A stretch of DNA of 64,000 bases from positions 1,178,001-1,242,000 of the forward strand of contig NC_043003.1 of the NCBI RefSeq assembly GCF_006345805.1, in the 5' to 3' direction. Every line of letters starts with the position of its first letter. The stretch's first letter is position 1. Below the pieces are notes generated by a model that saw nothing but the letters and a program-made list of their open reading frames with translations, was not told where the DNA came from and made no database searches. Below are positions 1 to 10,907 of the stretch, one piece after another. A program made the position numbers and the translations under genes. The stretch is from Octopus sinensis. Lineage: Eukaryota.

Positions 1-539
1 GGCTGAAAAAAAAAAGATTCAAACAATCCAAGCGAAATTTGAACTTAAAACTATGAGGTATACGGCTTGAGTTCGAATCCAGCCAAGGTCAACCAATCAA
101 CCGAGGTAAACCAAGGCACCCAGTCAAGTGTTGAAGTCGATTTAATATTCCTATAAAGCATCCTGTGAATTTTTGATACAAGCCTTAGGAAAGTAGATCT
201 CAAAGCAGGTTGCTGTCTCCATATTATTAGTTTGTGACTCTGGTGTATCTACTACCCTGTATTTTCTGAGTCACCCGCTAGCTTTTGTTAAAGCATGTCT
301 GTAGGAGAAGGCACCATTGTGTCCACAGCTATGCCAGCAGTATAAGTAGGTGAGTGACCTGGGTTTAACAGACTTGGGAGAAGGATCTGCGAAGAGTTGA
401 AGTAAATGAGGTCGGAAGAGAATTCGGAGCCCCATTCGCCCCGAAGAGAACTTGAAGACACGACGAATGGGTGGTGTGAGGCGCCCGATACAACCATGTG
501 AAGTAAAGGTAATCCTCAGGACATTAACTGTCTCGATTC

Positions 540-772
540 CCAGGACACCTTGGGCCGGTTACCCGGTTTCCATGGCATCGTTGAGATCACAACATTCCCC
601 TTGAATGGGGTGCGAGTCTGTTGCAGGGTTGTTTCTCATTTACAGCTGAATGGACTGGAGCAACGTGAAATGATGTGTTTTGCTCAAGAACTCAACGCAC
701 CGACCCGTCCGGGAATCGAAACTATAGTCTTATGTTCATGAGTCCAACACCCTAACCACCAGGCCACGCGCT
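540..772 (-). mobile_element. tRNA-derived SINE (family D)
   Basis: Minus strand begins GCGCGTGGCCTGGTGGTTAGGG (A box) and has TTCGATTCC (B box), then TTCTTGAGCAAAACAC..TTTCACGTTGCTCCAGT, shared with the copy at 21415-21722. Confidence 0.7.
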
Positions 773-844
773 TTCACACACACACACACCACACACCATG
801 AGTATGGGAATAAGCATTCATCGATTCATGCAGTCATTGAAAAC

Positions 845-970
845 TTGCGAGCCGCGGGTTTTCTGAACGGAAAATCACCTTGAATGTTTTTTTTTCTAGT
901 ACCGCGGCCCGCATAATGATGAGCCGTGTCTCATGCGGCCCGCTTCTCGAAAAACACGTTGCCCATTCCT
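845..970. mobile_element. hAT (Charlie-like) MITE right end
   Basis: Repeated GCGGCCCGC subterminal motifs, ending in GTTGCCCATTCCTG, typical of hAT termini. Confidence 0.5.
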
Positions 971-1521
971 GTATTCAGGGATAATTAGATTGAGCTTTTA
1001 ACCACAGTTAAAAGTCTCTTTGCAAGAAAGCAGAAAAGAGAACGGTATACGAACTTGCGCCATATTTAGCGGATAAACGGACATATTTTCAACTTGACTC
1101 AGATGTAGCAACGAAACAAAACAAAACAAAAAGTGTAGGTGAACTTAACTTTGAAATGAGTTTAAACACTGGGCAATCAATAAACTACAAACAAACCCTT
1201 TGCCGATGATGACAATAGGATTTCGTGTGGGAATATTTACAACTAGGACTGTTGTTGGAAACAGGACAATGCTGTGCATGTTGATATGGGAATATGTGTT
1301 ATTATTAAAGCTTTTATGAATCTGGCGAGAGGGAGAGTGGGGGGGGGGGGCGGTTGGTTGTAGAAGGAAAGGCAGATCGAATCTAAAGGAAAGACAGCGT
1401 TGACATTTATGCGCACATTTGTGTAGAAATATCAACATTGAAAGTGGAATACACTGAATGTGATTCTCTAGAATGAAATTATATTTGACGAAAATATACA
1501 ATGAATTAATATAGATATCAG

Positions 1522-1568
<47 letters not shown>

Positions 1569-1860
1569 ACTCACTCACTCTCTCACACGCACACAAACAC
1601 GCGCGCGTTCGTGTGTAGGAGGAATTCGTGTGTATCGCCACGGGTATATATATGCACGTTTGTATGTGTGTGTGTATATATATATAAAATTATGTATGTA
1701 TTTGTGTGTATATATGAACATTATTGCTAATACACCAATCTATAGGTGAAGATATATATTGTATGTATATATTAATATGTATATGTATGTATATACGTGT
1801 GTGCTTATGTGTGTATATCTATTTAAACGCACACATTTATGTATGTATGTATAACATATC

Positions 1861-1911
<51 letters not shown>

Positions 1912-2780
1912 TATATATATGTACTCATGTACATTTATGGATATAGACAGATAAGATCGATAATTCGATATACACCTGCGTATCTGTGTATGTATATATG
2001 TATGAATATATATGGATAAGCATTTATGTATATACGTTTATATGTAGACGTGTGTGTGTGCGCAAGCAAACTCACACACACACATCTAGAATATATATAT
2101 ATATATGAAGAGAACAACAGAAAATGGATGTCGTGAGACAATTCGATATAGAAGCGTACAAACAGGTAAACCAGCAACAGATAAATATACAGAGAAAGAA
2201 CTATATAGAGATAGGCAGACTTACTTCCTTGAACCGACCACACCATCGCTAAGAATAGCAGAAAATATGTAATATTCCTCTCTGCCATGTTTATGCAAAA
2301 GCGACGGCGATATTCTGTTTTCAGTTTTACTTAAAATAATTCTGTTTCAAAGTCTAAAAAAAAATCGTGTATTTCACGTTTGTTGTGCGGTGGTAGTTTG
2401 TTGTCTGGAAAATGCACCGCACATATGGATAGAGAAGTGAGAGAGAGAGAGAGAGAGAGAGAGTGGAAGACAGGTGCGAGAGAGAGAGGGGGAGATACAG
2501 ACGAGAGATGTAAGGCGACGGCGACAGCGGCGGCGGCGGCAACTTCGACAATACGCACAAAAGGAAGGTGAGATGAGGGGAGTTTTGTGGACGGGGTTTT
2601 CATATCCGCTTTGAATTTTCTATAGCGTTTCACCATGGCCCCTCTCTCCTTTTTATTCTTTGTCTCTATCAACATCTCTCTGTACCTTGTTGACCCCTTA
2701 TTATTATTATTTTTGTTAAGGGGTTCAATTGAGGCTCACCTGCATACCTCGCTCTTTCCTGTCGACGTACGCGTTTATTT

Positions 2781-2819
<39 letters not shown>

Positions 2820-2821
2820 TC

Positions 2822-2861
<40 letters not shown>

Positions 2862-2970
2862 TATATATATTTGTATTTATACAGAAATATCAATATCAAT
2901 ATTTACGTGTGTGTGTGTGTTTGTTTGTTTATGTATATACATATTTATAGTAATAAGTACAATTTATATG

Positions 2971-3021
<51 letters not shown>

Positions 3022-3321
3022 GTATGTATACTCGCACGCATGTGCATGAATATAATGATTACAAATTTGAATAATAAGTTTCTTTTATTTATTCGTGTGT
3101 GTGTGTGGTGTGTGTGTGTGTGTGTATAATATTATACATTTAGTACACAGATTGTGTATCATATTTATAATATAATTTATATAATTATATACATTATGTT
3201 ATATATCTTTATTCCATACAGTATATACATGTATACATATTTATATACATTCATCTACACAAACACACACACACATATACATAAATATATACACACACAC
3301 ATACATGTGTATATATGTATT

Positions 3322-3352
<31 letters not shown>

Positions 3353-3397
3353 GTATGTATACATACATACATACATACATACATAAGAATAGTAATA

Positions 3398-3471
3398 ACA
3401 GTGACTTCGAAGTTTCGGCCCGCTGGCCATCATCGATCCGATCGATGATGGCTTAACTTCGAAGTCACTGT
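3398..3471. repeat. Fold-back palindrome made from a truncated hammerhead motif
   Basis: Arms ACAGTGACTTCGAAGTT..GCCATCATCGATC / GATCGATGATGGC..AACTTCGAAGTCACTGT. Minus strand reads GATGA-T-GGCC-AGCG-GGCC-GAAAC-TTCGAA-GTC-ACTG. Confidence 0.7.
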
Positions 3472-3772
3472 CGTTGCTCTTCTTGATAAAAAAAAATAAT
3501 ACAACAAATTTTCAGTAATCCTTCAGTTGAATGCAAAATCGCATTTTATTATAACATATTATAAAAGCGGCGGGTAAGCTTCCAGAATCGTTACCCCGTT
3601 TCATCGTTTTAGGGTCCATAAAGCAGGTAACAGTCGGGTACCAGGATCGATATAATCGAATAGCAGCACTCACACAAAATTATGACTTGCCCCCCCCCCC
3701 ACATTATATATTAAATAAATAGTTATATACATATATACATATATATATAAATTATATAAAGGGAGCAGGGCA

Positions 3773-4000
3773 TACGAGGTAGGGGGTGGGGTGAAAAGGT
3801 TTCTCACTTTGAGTAAAGGAAAATACAGGAGGATCAGTAAACTAGGATTTTATTCAACACCCCCCCTCCCAGACTCACACGCTTATTGCAGACGTCCTTC
3901 AGATTTTCTAAGCCCTTTAAAAGAACTCGGAAGATTGGGCATCCAACTAAGCCCAATTGCGATACCCTTAAAGCGGGGAACATTTCAGCACCCCCTCGTG
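3773..4000 (-). mobile_element. Mariner-derived MITE
   Basis: Degenerate TIRs (TACGAGG..GGGGTG..TGAAAAG / TTTCAGCACCCCCTCG). Minus strand keeps a decayed mariner transposase C-terminus (GLENLKDVCNKRVSL..VE-stop, similar to GLEKL..RW.KCV...GEYVE). Confidence 0.65.
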
Positions 4001-4012
4001 TATGTATGTATG

Positions 4013-4051
<39 letters not shown>

Positions 4052-4055
4052 TATA

Positions 4056-4093
<38 letters not shown>

Positions 4094-4100
4094 TATATAT

Positions 4101-4305
4101 AACGGGAAGCTTTATGAAAATAAACAAAGACGAAGGCAGGTGGAAGACAAACGAACAATTGTATTAGTATGGCGCTCAGGAAATATAAATAAAACAAGTC
4201 TTTAACGTTTCGAGCCTACGCTCTTCAACAGAAAGATACACAGAGAGAGAAAAACACAGAGAAGGAGAGAAAAAAAATGCGTGCAGTAGCTAACGAATCA
4301 ACATG
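4101..4305 (-). mobile_element. PLE-like 3' terminal fragment between (TA)n arrays
   Basis: Short unique segment flanked by TA arrays, carrying a minimal HHR-like motif at 4199-4236. Confidence 0.55.
4199..4236 (-). ncRNA. Minimal type I hammerhead-like motif (variant core CUGUUGA)
   Basis: TCTTT-CTGTTGA-A-GAGC-GTAG-GCTC-GAAA-C-GTT-AAAGA: 5-bp stem I, 4-bp stem II, palindromic ACGT stem III (dimer type), with A6 changed to U. Confidence 0.6.
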
Positions 4306-4360
4306 ATACACACATAATATATATATATATAAGTATGTATGTATATATATTGTATGTATG

Positions 4361-4392
<32 letters not shown>

Positions 4393-4394
<2 letters not shown>

Positions 4395-4632
4395 TATATA
4401 AAAGGGCTTAGTAAAATAATTACTTTGCCGCATACTGAATCATTAGATAGCAGCTAAAAACTTTTTTTAGGCTATTTCTATTTCTATTTTGTGAGTTGAA
4501 TTAAGCAAACACTATATATGAGAGAGATTTTCTTTAAGTATTAGAAATAGCCTTAAAAAAGTTTTTTTAGCTGCTATTTCTAATGAGTTCAGTATGCGGC
4601 AAAGTATTTATTTACTAAGCCCTTTTTATAAT
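4393..4632. repeat. ~95-bp-arm inverted repeat adjoining a (TA)n array
   Basis: AAAGGGCTTAGTAAA..CTTTGCCGCATACTGAA..TAGCAGCTAAAAA (4400-4460) is the reverse complement of 4565-4625. Confidence 0.85.
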
Positions 4633-4835
4633 GTAATAATTTGAATCGCCTTGAATGGTCCCTTTGCATACTGAACACTTGGTGAAATTGATTAATAATT
4701 AATTAATTTTGCCCTCAATTGTTGAAATATCCTATGATATATATAGATATATTATATAATATATATATATATATACATGCATTGGAAACTTTATATAACA
4801 AGAGTCCAATCAACAGGTTACTGAAGATGCTTCCG

Positions 4836-4953
4836 AAGGCGGCGGCGAGGTGGCAGAGTGGTTAGGGCGTCGGGCGAAATGCTTAACGCCATTTTATCCG
4901 TCTTTAAGGTCTGAGTTCAAATTCCGCCGAGGTCGACTTTGCCTTTCATCCTT
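4836..4953 (+). mobile_element. tRNA-derived SINE (family B), partial
   Basis: GGCGGCGAG.TGGCAGA..GTTAG head, GAGTTCAAATTCC B box, and central GGTCGACTTTGCCTTTCATCCTTT domain repeated across the window. Confidence 0.75.
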
Positions 4954-5010
4954 TGAAGGATTTGTTAAATACATCCTCACATGTTGAGTGCTACATTCTT
5001 TCTTTTTCCT

Positions 5011-5042
<32 letters not shown>

Positions 5043-5103
5043 GCTTTTATTCTTTTAAACCTGTTTTCAGTCATTTACTGCGGGCCATGCTGGAGTACCC
5101 GCC

Positions 5104-5723
5104 TACAAGAAATTACAGTAAATGTTTTTTAAATTTTCTCCTGTTTACGGAATTAATCTTTATTGCGGTTGAAGCTTTGGCTGTTATTTCTAGTGGGTGA
5201 ATGGCCTATTATGCCGTTCCTTGATTGTTGATGTTGAACTTTAAAATGGTCTATGACTATTTAATTTTTCCCACTAGGCCGCTGGTGGCAAAAAAATTCT
5301 ACAATTCTACAAAATTTTTTGCCACCCTATATTGATTAATGATGAATTTTCTGGTTAATTCCGTAATGGAATCGACGGCTTATATTTATTTGCTGCCGAT
5401 AAATTTGGCGCGAGTGCGACGATTTGAAAATTTTAGGTCAGATATTACCTTGGCAGGGTCTGAATGCCTCGTGAAAATATCTGTTCCGACTTGGCTATTT
5501 CTTGCTGAAGAATCTGAGGGCCTATGGAAGATGGCTTGATTTAATTTAATCAGGTTAGTTTACCATTAAACAGCAGATGAAACGGTGCATCGTACAAGAA
5601 ATTACAGGGTAAATGTTTTTTAAATTTTCTCCTGTTTACGGAATTAATCTTTATTTGCGGTTGAAGCTTTGGCTGTTATTTCTAGTGGGTGAATGGCCTA
5701 TTATGGCCGTTCCTTGATTGTTG

Positions 5724-5725
<2 letters not shown>
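5104..5725 (+). mobile_element. Non-autonomous HHR-bearing retroelement (retrozyme or mini-PLE-like), ~489-nt unit plus ~130-nt terminal direct repeat
   Basis: Near-identical direct repeats at 5104-5232 and 5593-5725, intact HHR at 5497-5602, internal hairpin at 5284-5326, 3' end abutting (TA)n and 5' end truncating a family A SINE. Confidence 0.75.
5497..5602 (+). ncRNA. Type I hammerhead ribozyme with intact core, predicted cleavage after 5594 (GUA)
   Basis: Stem I ATTTCTTG/CAAGAAAT (8 bp), CTGAAGA core (5505-5511), stem II ATCTG/CAGAT with a structured insertion, GAAA, near-palindromic stem III ACGGT-GC-ATCGT, triplet GTA. Confidence 0.85.
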
Positions 5726-5760
<35 letters not shown>

Positions 5761-5900
5761 CATATATGCATACGCATATGTACATACATCTATACGTATA
5801 TGTATATATATATATATATTTATAAATATATATATATATGCATATGTGGGCACAGATATACAATATATATATATATATATTATATTATATATATATATAT

Positions 5901-6062
5901 ATGACGGGCTTCTTTCAGTTTCCATCTACCAAATCCACTCGCAAAGCTTTGGTCGTCCTGAGGCTATAGTAGAAGACACTTGCCCGAGGTGCCACGCAGT
6001 GGGACTGAACCCAGAACCATGTGGTTGGGGAACAAACTTCTTACCACACAGCCACGCCTATA
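5901..6062 (-). mobile_element. SINE family A, tRNA-like head half
   Basis: Minus strand GGCGTGGCTGTGTGGTAAG..GGTTCAGTCCCACTGCGTGGCACC..GAAACTGAAAGAAGCCCGTC, matching many other copies. Confidence 0.8.
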
Positions 6063-6652
6063 GGTTTGGTGAACAAGTTTGGTAAGTGCCAATGTACGAT
6101 AGTCTGGGCCTTTCAGTCACTCTGTTACTTCTGCTAAATATTGATTCCAAGTTTTGGCACAAGGCCAGCCAGTTCGGGGGTGGGGGTGGGCGGATAAGAC
6201 CTTTCCATCGACCCCCAATACTCAACTGGTACATATTTCATCAACTCCGAAAGGATGAAAGGCAAAGTAGGGCTCGGTGGGATTCGAACTCAGTTTCTTC
6301 TGCTAAATAGTAATCATACTTCTCTGCCGCCGACCAATAGTAAAACAGCTCACCTTTTCCCACCTTCTTTCAACTACTTATTCATTCTTGGTCCTCCTCC
6401 GCCCACGCCTCCTCGCCTCCTCCTCCCACCCACCCACGCCTCCTCGCCTCCTCCTCCCACCCACCCACTCACTCCCCCATGAACTTTCTATCACATCTTT
6501 CTGTCTCTTATTGACTCCTCGCCCTCCATCTTCCTCCCTCCCTCCCTCCCCCTCTCCATTTCTATTTTAATCGCTCAACACACATCTTTCGATCATAAGC
6601 ACTTCCTTCTCATTCCCAATCTCTCTCTCCTCATTTACACACACGCACACAC

Positions 6653-6736
<84 letters not shown>

Positions 6737-6917
6737 ACACACACACACGCAGCCATTTCAAACCAACGCTTTCCCATTATTTCCTCATACTTATTCGCTG
6801 TTTGCCTTCCATTATAAACATAATTATCCCTCTGCCTTCCTCTCTTTGTACCTGCCTTTGTCCCTCATTTGTTCATCACCTCTTCCTCTCCCGCTTTTCT
6901 TCGGACACTGCTTCACT

Positions 6918-6945
6918 CTATCTACCTATCTATCAATCTACCTAC

Positions 6946-7007
<62 letters not shown>

Positions 7008-7049
7008 CTCTCTCTATCTACCTGTCTATCTATCTCTCTCTATCTCTCA

Positions 7050-7081
<32 letters not shown>

Positions 7082-7110
7082 CTATTCATCTCTCTCTCTC
7101 TCCTCTCTCC

Positions 7111-7172
<62 letters not shown>

Positions 7173-7205
7173 CTATCTATCTACCTGTCTATCTATCTAT
7201 CTCTA

Positions 7206-7236
<31 letters not shown>

Positions 7237-7260
7237 CCATCTCTCTCTCTCCCTTTCTCC

Positions 7261-7309
<49 letters not shown>

Positions 7310-7334
7310 CATCTCTCTCTCTCTCTCTCTCTCC

Positions 7335-7402
<68 letters not shown>

Positions 7403-7419
7403 GTATCTATCTATCTATC

Positions 7420-7460
<41 letters not shown>

Positions 7461-7487
7461 ATCTATCTATCTATCTATCTATCTATC

Positions 7488-7522
<35 letters not shown>

Positions 7523-7632
7523 CTATCTATCTATCTATCTATCCATCTATCTATCTATCTATCTATCTCTCCATCGTCTACCTACCAACCTACCTATTTA
7601 TCTATCCATCTAACTATCTACCTGTCTGTCTA
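6918..7632. repeat. (TATC)n/(TC)n compound microsatellite, ~700 bp
   Basis: Direct reading. It is the source of the spurious LSIY ORFs. Confidence 0.95.
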
Positions 7633-8044
7633 TCGATTGCCCTCTTACATCCCTCCCCCCGCAACGAACACATTCTCTTCCTGTTGTTTTAAAACCCTAA
7701 TCCCTTTTGCGCATGTGTGAACCGACATACACACACTAACCCATCAGAAACACACACACACTTCCAACCCAATAACACAATACACACTGACACACACACA
7801 CACACACACACGGACACACACGGACACACACCGCGCATGCACACAAACTTGCACGTACACACATACACATCATCGTACCTGTATGTCCCATGGATGCGAG
7901 AAGGATTTACCAGGATTCAAGACTTTTTCAGCTTTCATAATAAAATAGTATATATATAAATATATCCCCCCTCTCTCTCTCACTCTCTCTCTCTCCCTCT
8001 GTGTGTGTGTATATATATATATATATTATATATAGTTTTATATA

Positions 8045-8420
8045 TTATTTACGTGATTCATTCATTTTGACTGTGGCCATGCTGGAGCACCGCCTTTAGT
8101 CGAACAAATTGACCCCAGGAGCTTTTCTTTGTAAGTCTAGTACTTATACTATCGGTCCCTTTTGACGAACCACCAAGTTACGGGGACGTAAACACACCAA
8201 CATAGTTGTCAAGTGATAGTGGAGGTACAAACACAGAAACACAAATATATATACACGACGGGCTTCTTTCAATTTCCGTCTACCAAATCCACTCACAAGG
8301 CTTTGGTCAGCCCGAGGCTATAGTAGAGATACACTTACCAAGGTACCACGCAGTGGGACTGAGCCCGGAACCATGTGATTGATAAGCAAGCTTCCTACCA
8401 AACAACCCGCCTGCGCCTAC
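8045..8420 (-). mobile_element. SINE family A, near full length
   Basis: Head, internal microsatellite and tail GGCGGTGCTCCAGCATGGCC.CAGTCAAA all present. Confidence 0.8.
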
Positions 8421-8471
8421 ACACACACACACACACACCACACGATATATATATATATATATATATATATT

Positions 8472-8525
<54 letters not shown>

Positions 8526-8532
8526 ATTAATG

Positions 8533-8567
<35 letters not shown>

Positions 8568-8763
8568 GACTTTTAGCTTTATTTGTTTCAGGCTATGCTG
8601 GGGCACTGCGGCCATGCTGGGGCACTGCGGCCATGCTGGGGCACTGCGGCCATGCGAGGTCACTGCCTTGAAGAATTTTAATCGAATCAATCTCAGCACT
8701 GAAATCAGATTTATGTACTTGCGGAACGAGCTTCTTACCACGGCCACGCCTCCGCCTCTGCGT

Positions 8764-8810
<47 letters not shown>

Positions 8811-9410
8811 GTCTGTGCATGTGGCTATATGTATAAATACATAACCATACATATATATATATATATATTATATATAATATATATTATATATGCAGGGACG
8901 TATATATATACTTATATATACATATGTGTGTGTGTGTTCCCAGCACAAATTAACTTTATTTTCATTTACTGAAACTGACACAATTCTCTATTCTTATCTC
9001 TCCCTCTCTCTCTCTCCACCCAGCACCCTCTCTATCTCTCCCTCTCTCTCTTTTCTCCCTCTCTTTCACTTTCTCATTAAAAGTGTATAAAGTGGTCCGG
9101 TGGGATACGATCATATACACCCGCCTACACACCTACACATATGCATACACACACATATATATATATATATATATACGAGTGAGAGGACAAACAAAACAAA
9201 AAAGGCACTCATTGCATTTAATAGGAGTTACCTATATATATAGACAGGTGTGTGTGTGTTTGTGTGACTTAAATTAGTTTTGCAAGCTTCTGATAGAAAC
9301 GTGGTTCAGTAAGGCTCAGATTATCAGTAATCTGTGCCTGAATAAGCCAGCAAAACCTCTAAGTCTCATGGAGCCAAACCATACGGTGAAAAAATAATTA
9401 TGCATACATG

Positions 9411-9459
<49 letters not shown>

Positions 9460-9609
9460 CACACACACACACATAATTCTGTGTTCGTTCATACCGAAGA
9501 GCGTAGGCTCGAAACGTACAAAACTTTCTCACTTCCCGACTGTAAAACATATATATATACGCAAAAAATTCTTATATTTATATATGTATATATAGATATA
9601 TATATATAT

Positions 9610-9865
9610 AAATAAATATAAGAATTTTTTGTGTAATGAGATAAAAAGAACCAAGGCTGTGTAGATATTAGATCAGTTATAGATAGAAGGTCTTACAGCT
9701 GTTTGCAGGATATTTATTAATTATATCCCTTCATGGGAGACGGTGTGAGAAGATGGTTAAGTAATAGTTAATTTAGATGTGATACAAAATAGAGAGTGAG
9801 GTGGAAGAAAGAAAATAGATGTGAGATATGTAGGGATATTGAATTTGTAGATCCAATTTTTTAAG
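9610..9865 (-). mobile_element. PLE-like terminal fragment with a degenerate HHR (9690-9741)
   Basis: Minus strand ..CATGAA-GGGATAT..ATATCC-TGCAAAC-AGCT-GTA-AGA: stem II, palindromic stem III and GUA remain, but the core is mutated. TA arrays on both sides. Confidence 0.45.
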
Positions 9866-10052
9866 ATGTATATATATATAATACGGGCTTCTTTCAGTTT
9901 CTGTCTACCAAATCCATTCACAAGACTTTGGTCGGCTCGAGGCTATAGTAGAAGAAGACACTAGCCAAAGGTGCCACGCAGTGAGACTGAACGTGGACCG
10001 TGTCGTTGGGAAGCAAGCTACTTACCACACAGCCACTCCTGCAACTATATAT

Positions 10053-10096
<44 letters not shown>

Positions 10097-10100
<4 letters not shown>

Positions 10101-10218
10101 AAATACAAACTGGACAAGAACGCAAAAACATTTAGAAGACGATACAAAAACACGGACGGGACATACGAAGCCTTCAATCTTCAGTCAAGAACCGGATCAT
10201 CCTCGCAATTTCGGCTGT
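10097..10218 (-). mobile_element. Truncated copy of the 27830-28235 module
   Basis: Minus strand CAGCCGAAATTGCGAGGATGATCCGGTTCTTGACTGAAGA matches 28099-28136. Confidence 0.7.
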
Positions 10219-10271
10219 ATGTATGTATGTTGTATATATAGATATATATATATCTATACATACATATATCT

Positions 10272-10361
<90 letters not shown>

Positions 10362-10429
10362 ATAAATATATACATAAAGTGAGAGAGATAGCGGCAGAGA
10401 TGTAGAAAGACAGATAATCAGCAGTCACC

Positions 10430-10599
10430 TTGCGATATATATTTACACGGAATACAAATTACAGATTATAGAATAAAAGAAAAAATAAAACAAACAGAGG
10501 AGAATAATTCTGCAAAGCCTTCGCTTTCTTCTATTCTCTTGTATTTTTCTCCTTATTCTATAATCTCTATTTTGTATTCCTTGTAAATACACATCGCAA
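10430..10599. repeat. Imperfect inverted repeat, ~60-bp arms
   Basis: TTGCGAT..TATTTACA.GGAATACAAA.TA.AGATTATAGAATAA versus TTATTCTATAATCT.TA.TTTGTATTCC.TGTAAATA..ATCGCAA. Confidence 0.75.
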
Positions 10600-10855
10600 A
10601 TCTACCGGTATTTAGCTGCCATTTTGCCTCCGTAATAGCTCAATGAGAATTGTTGTTACCGGTAACTTTCGACGCAGAGGCGCCGGTCCTCGACTTAGAG
10701 GCGTTGAAGTTTAAACTCCCATCCATTTCAGCAATGACCTGTGTTATATGCACTAAGCTTATTTTAGTTCCACCTACACACACACACACACATACACACA
10801 TATGCATTCACACATACACACACAAATAGATAGATAGATAGATAGATAGATAATA

Positions 10856-10906
<51 letters not shown>

Positions 10907-10907
<1 letters not shown>

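Noticed and set aside
4541-4600. GAAA..CTAATGA as a hammerhead
   Set aside because: No stem I is possible. It is a simple hairpin TAGAAATAGC/GCTATTTCTA.
5339-5539. 66-aa ORF within the retrozyme-like unit
   Set aside because: No recognisable motif, and it runs through the HHR.
6802-7720. Long ORFs (255-296 aa) of LSIY repeats
   Set aside because: They are translations of a (TATC)n microsatellite, open in all three frames.
8590-8655. 19-bp unit repeated 3 times, CRISPR-like at first glance
   Set aside because: No spacers. It is a tandem slippage of the SINE motif GGCCATGCTGGGGCACTGC.
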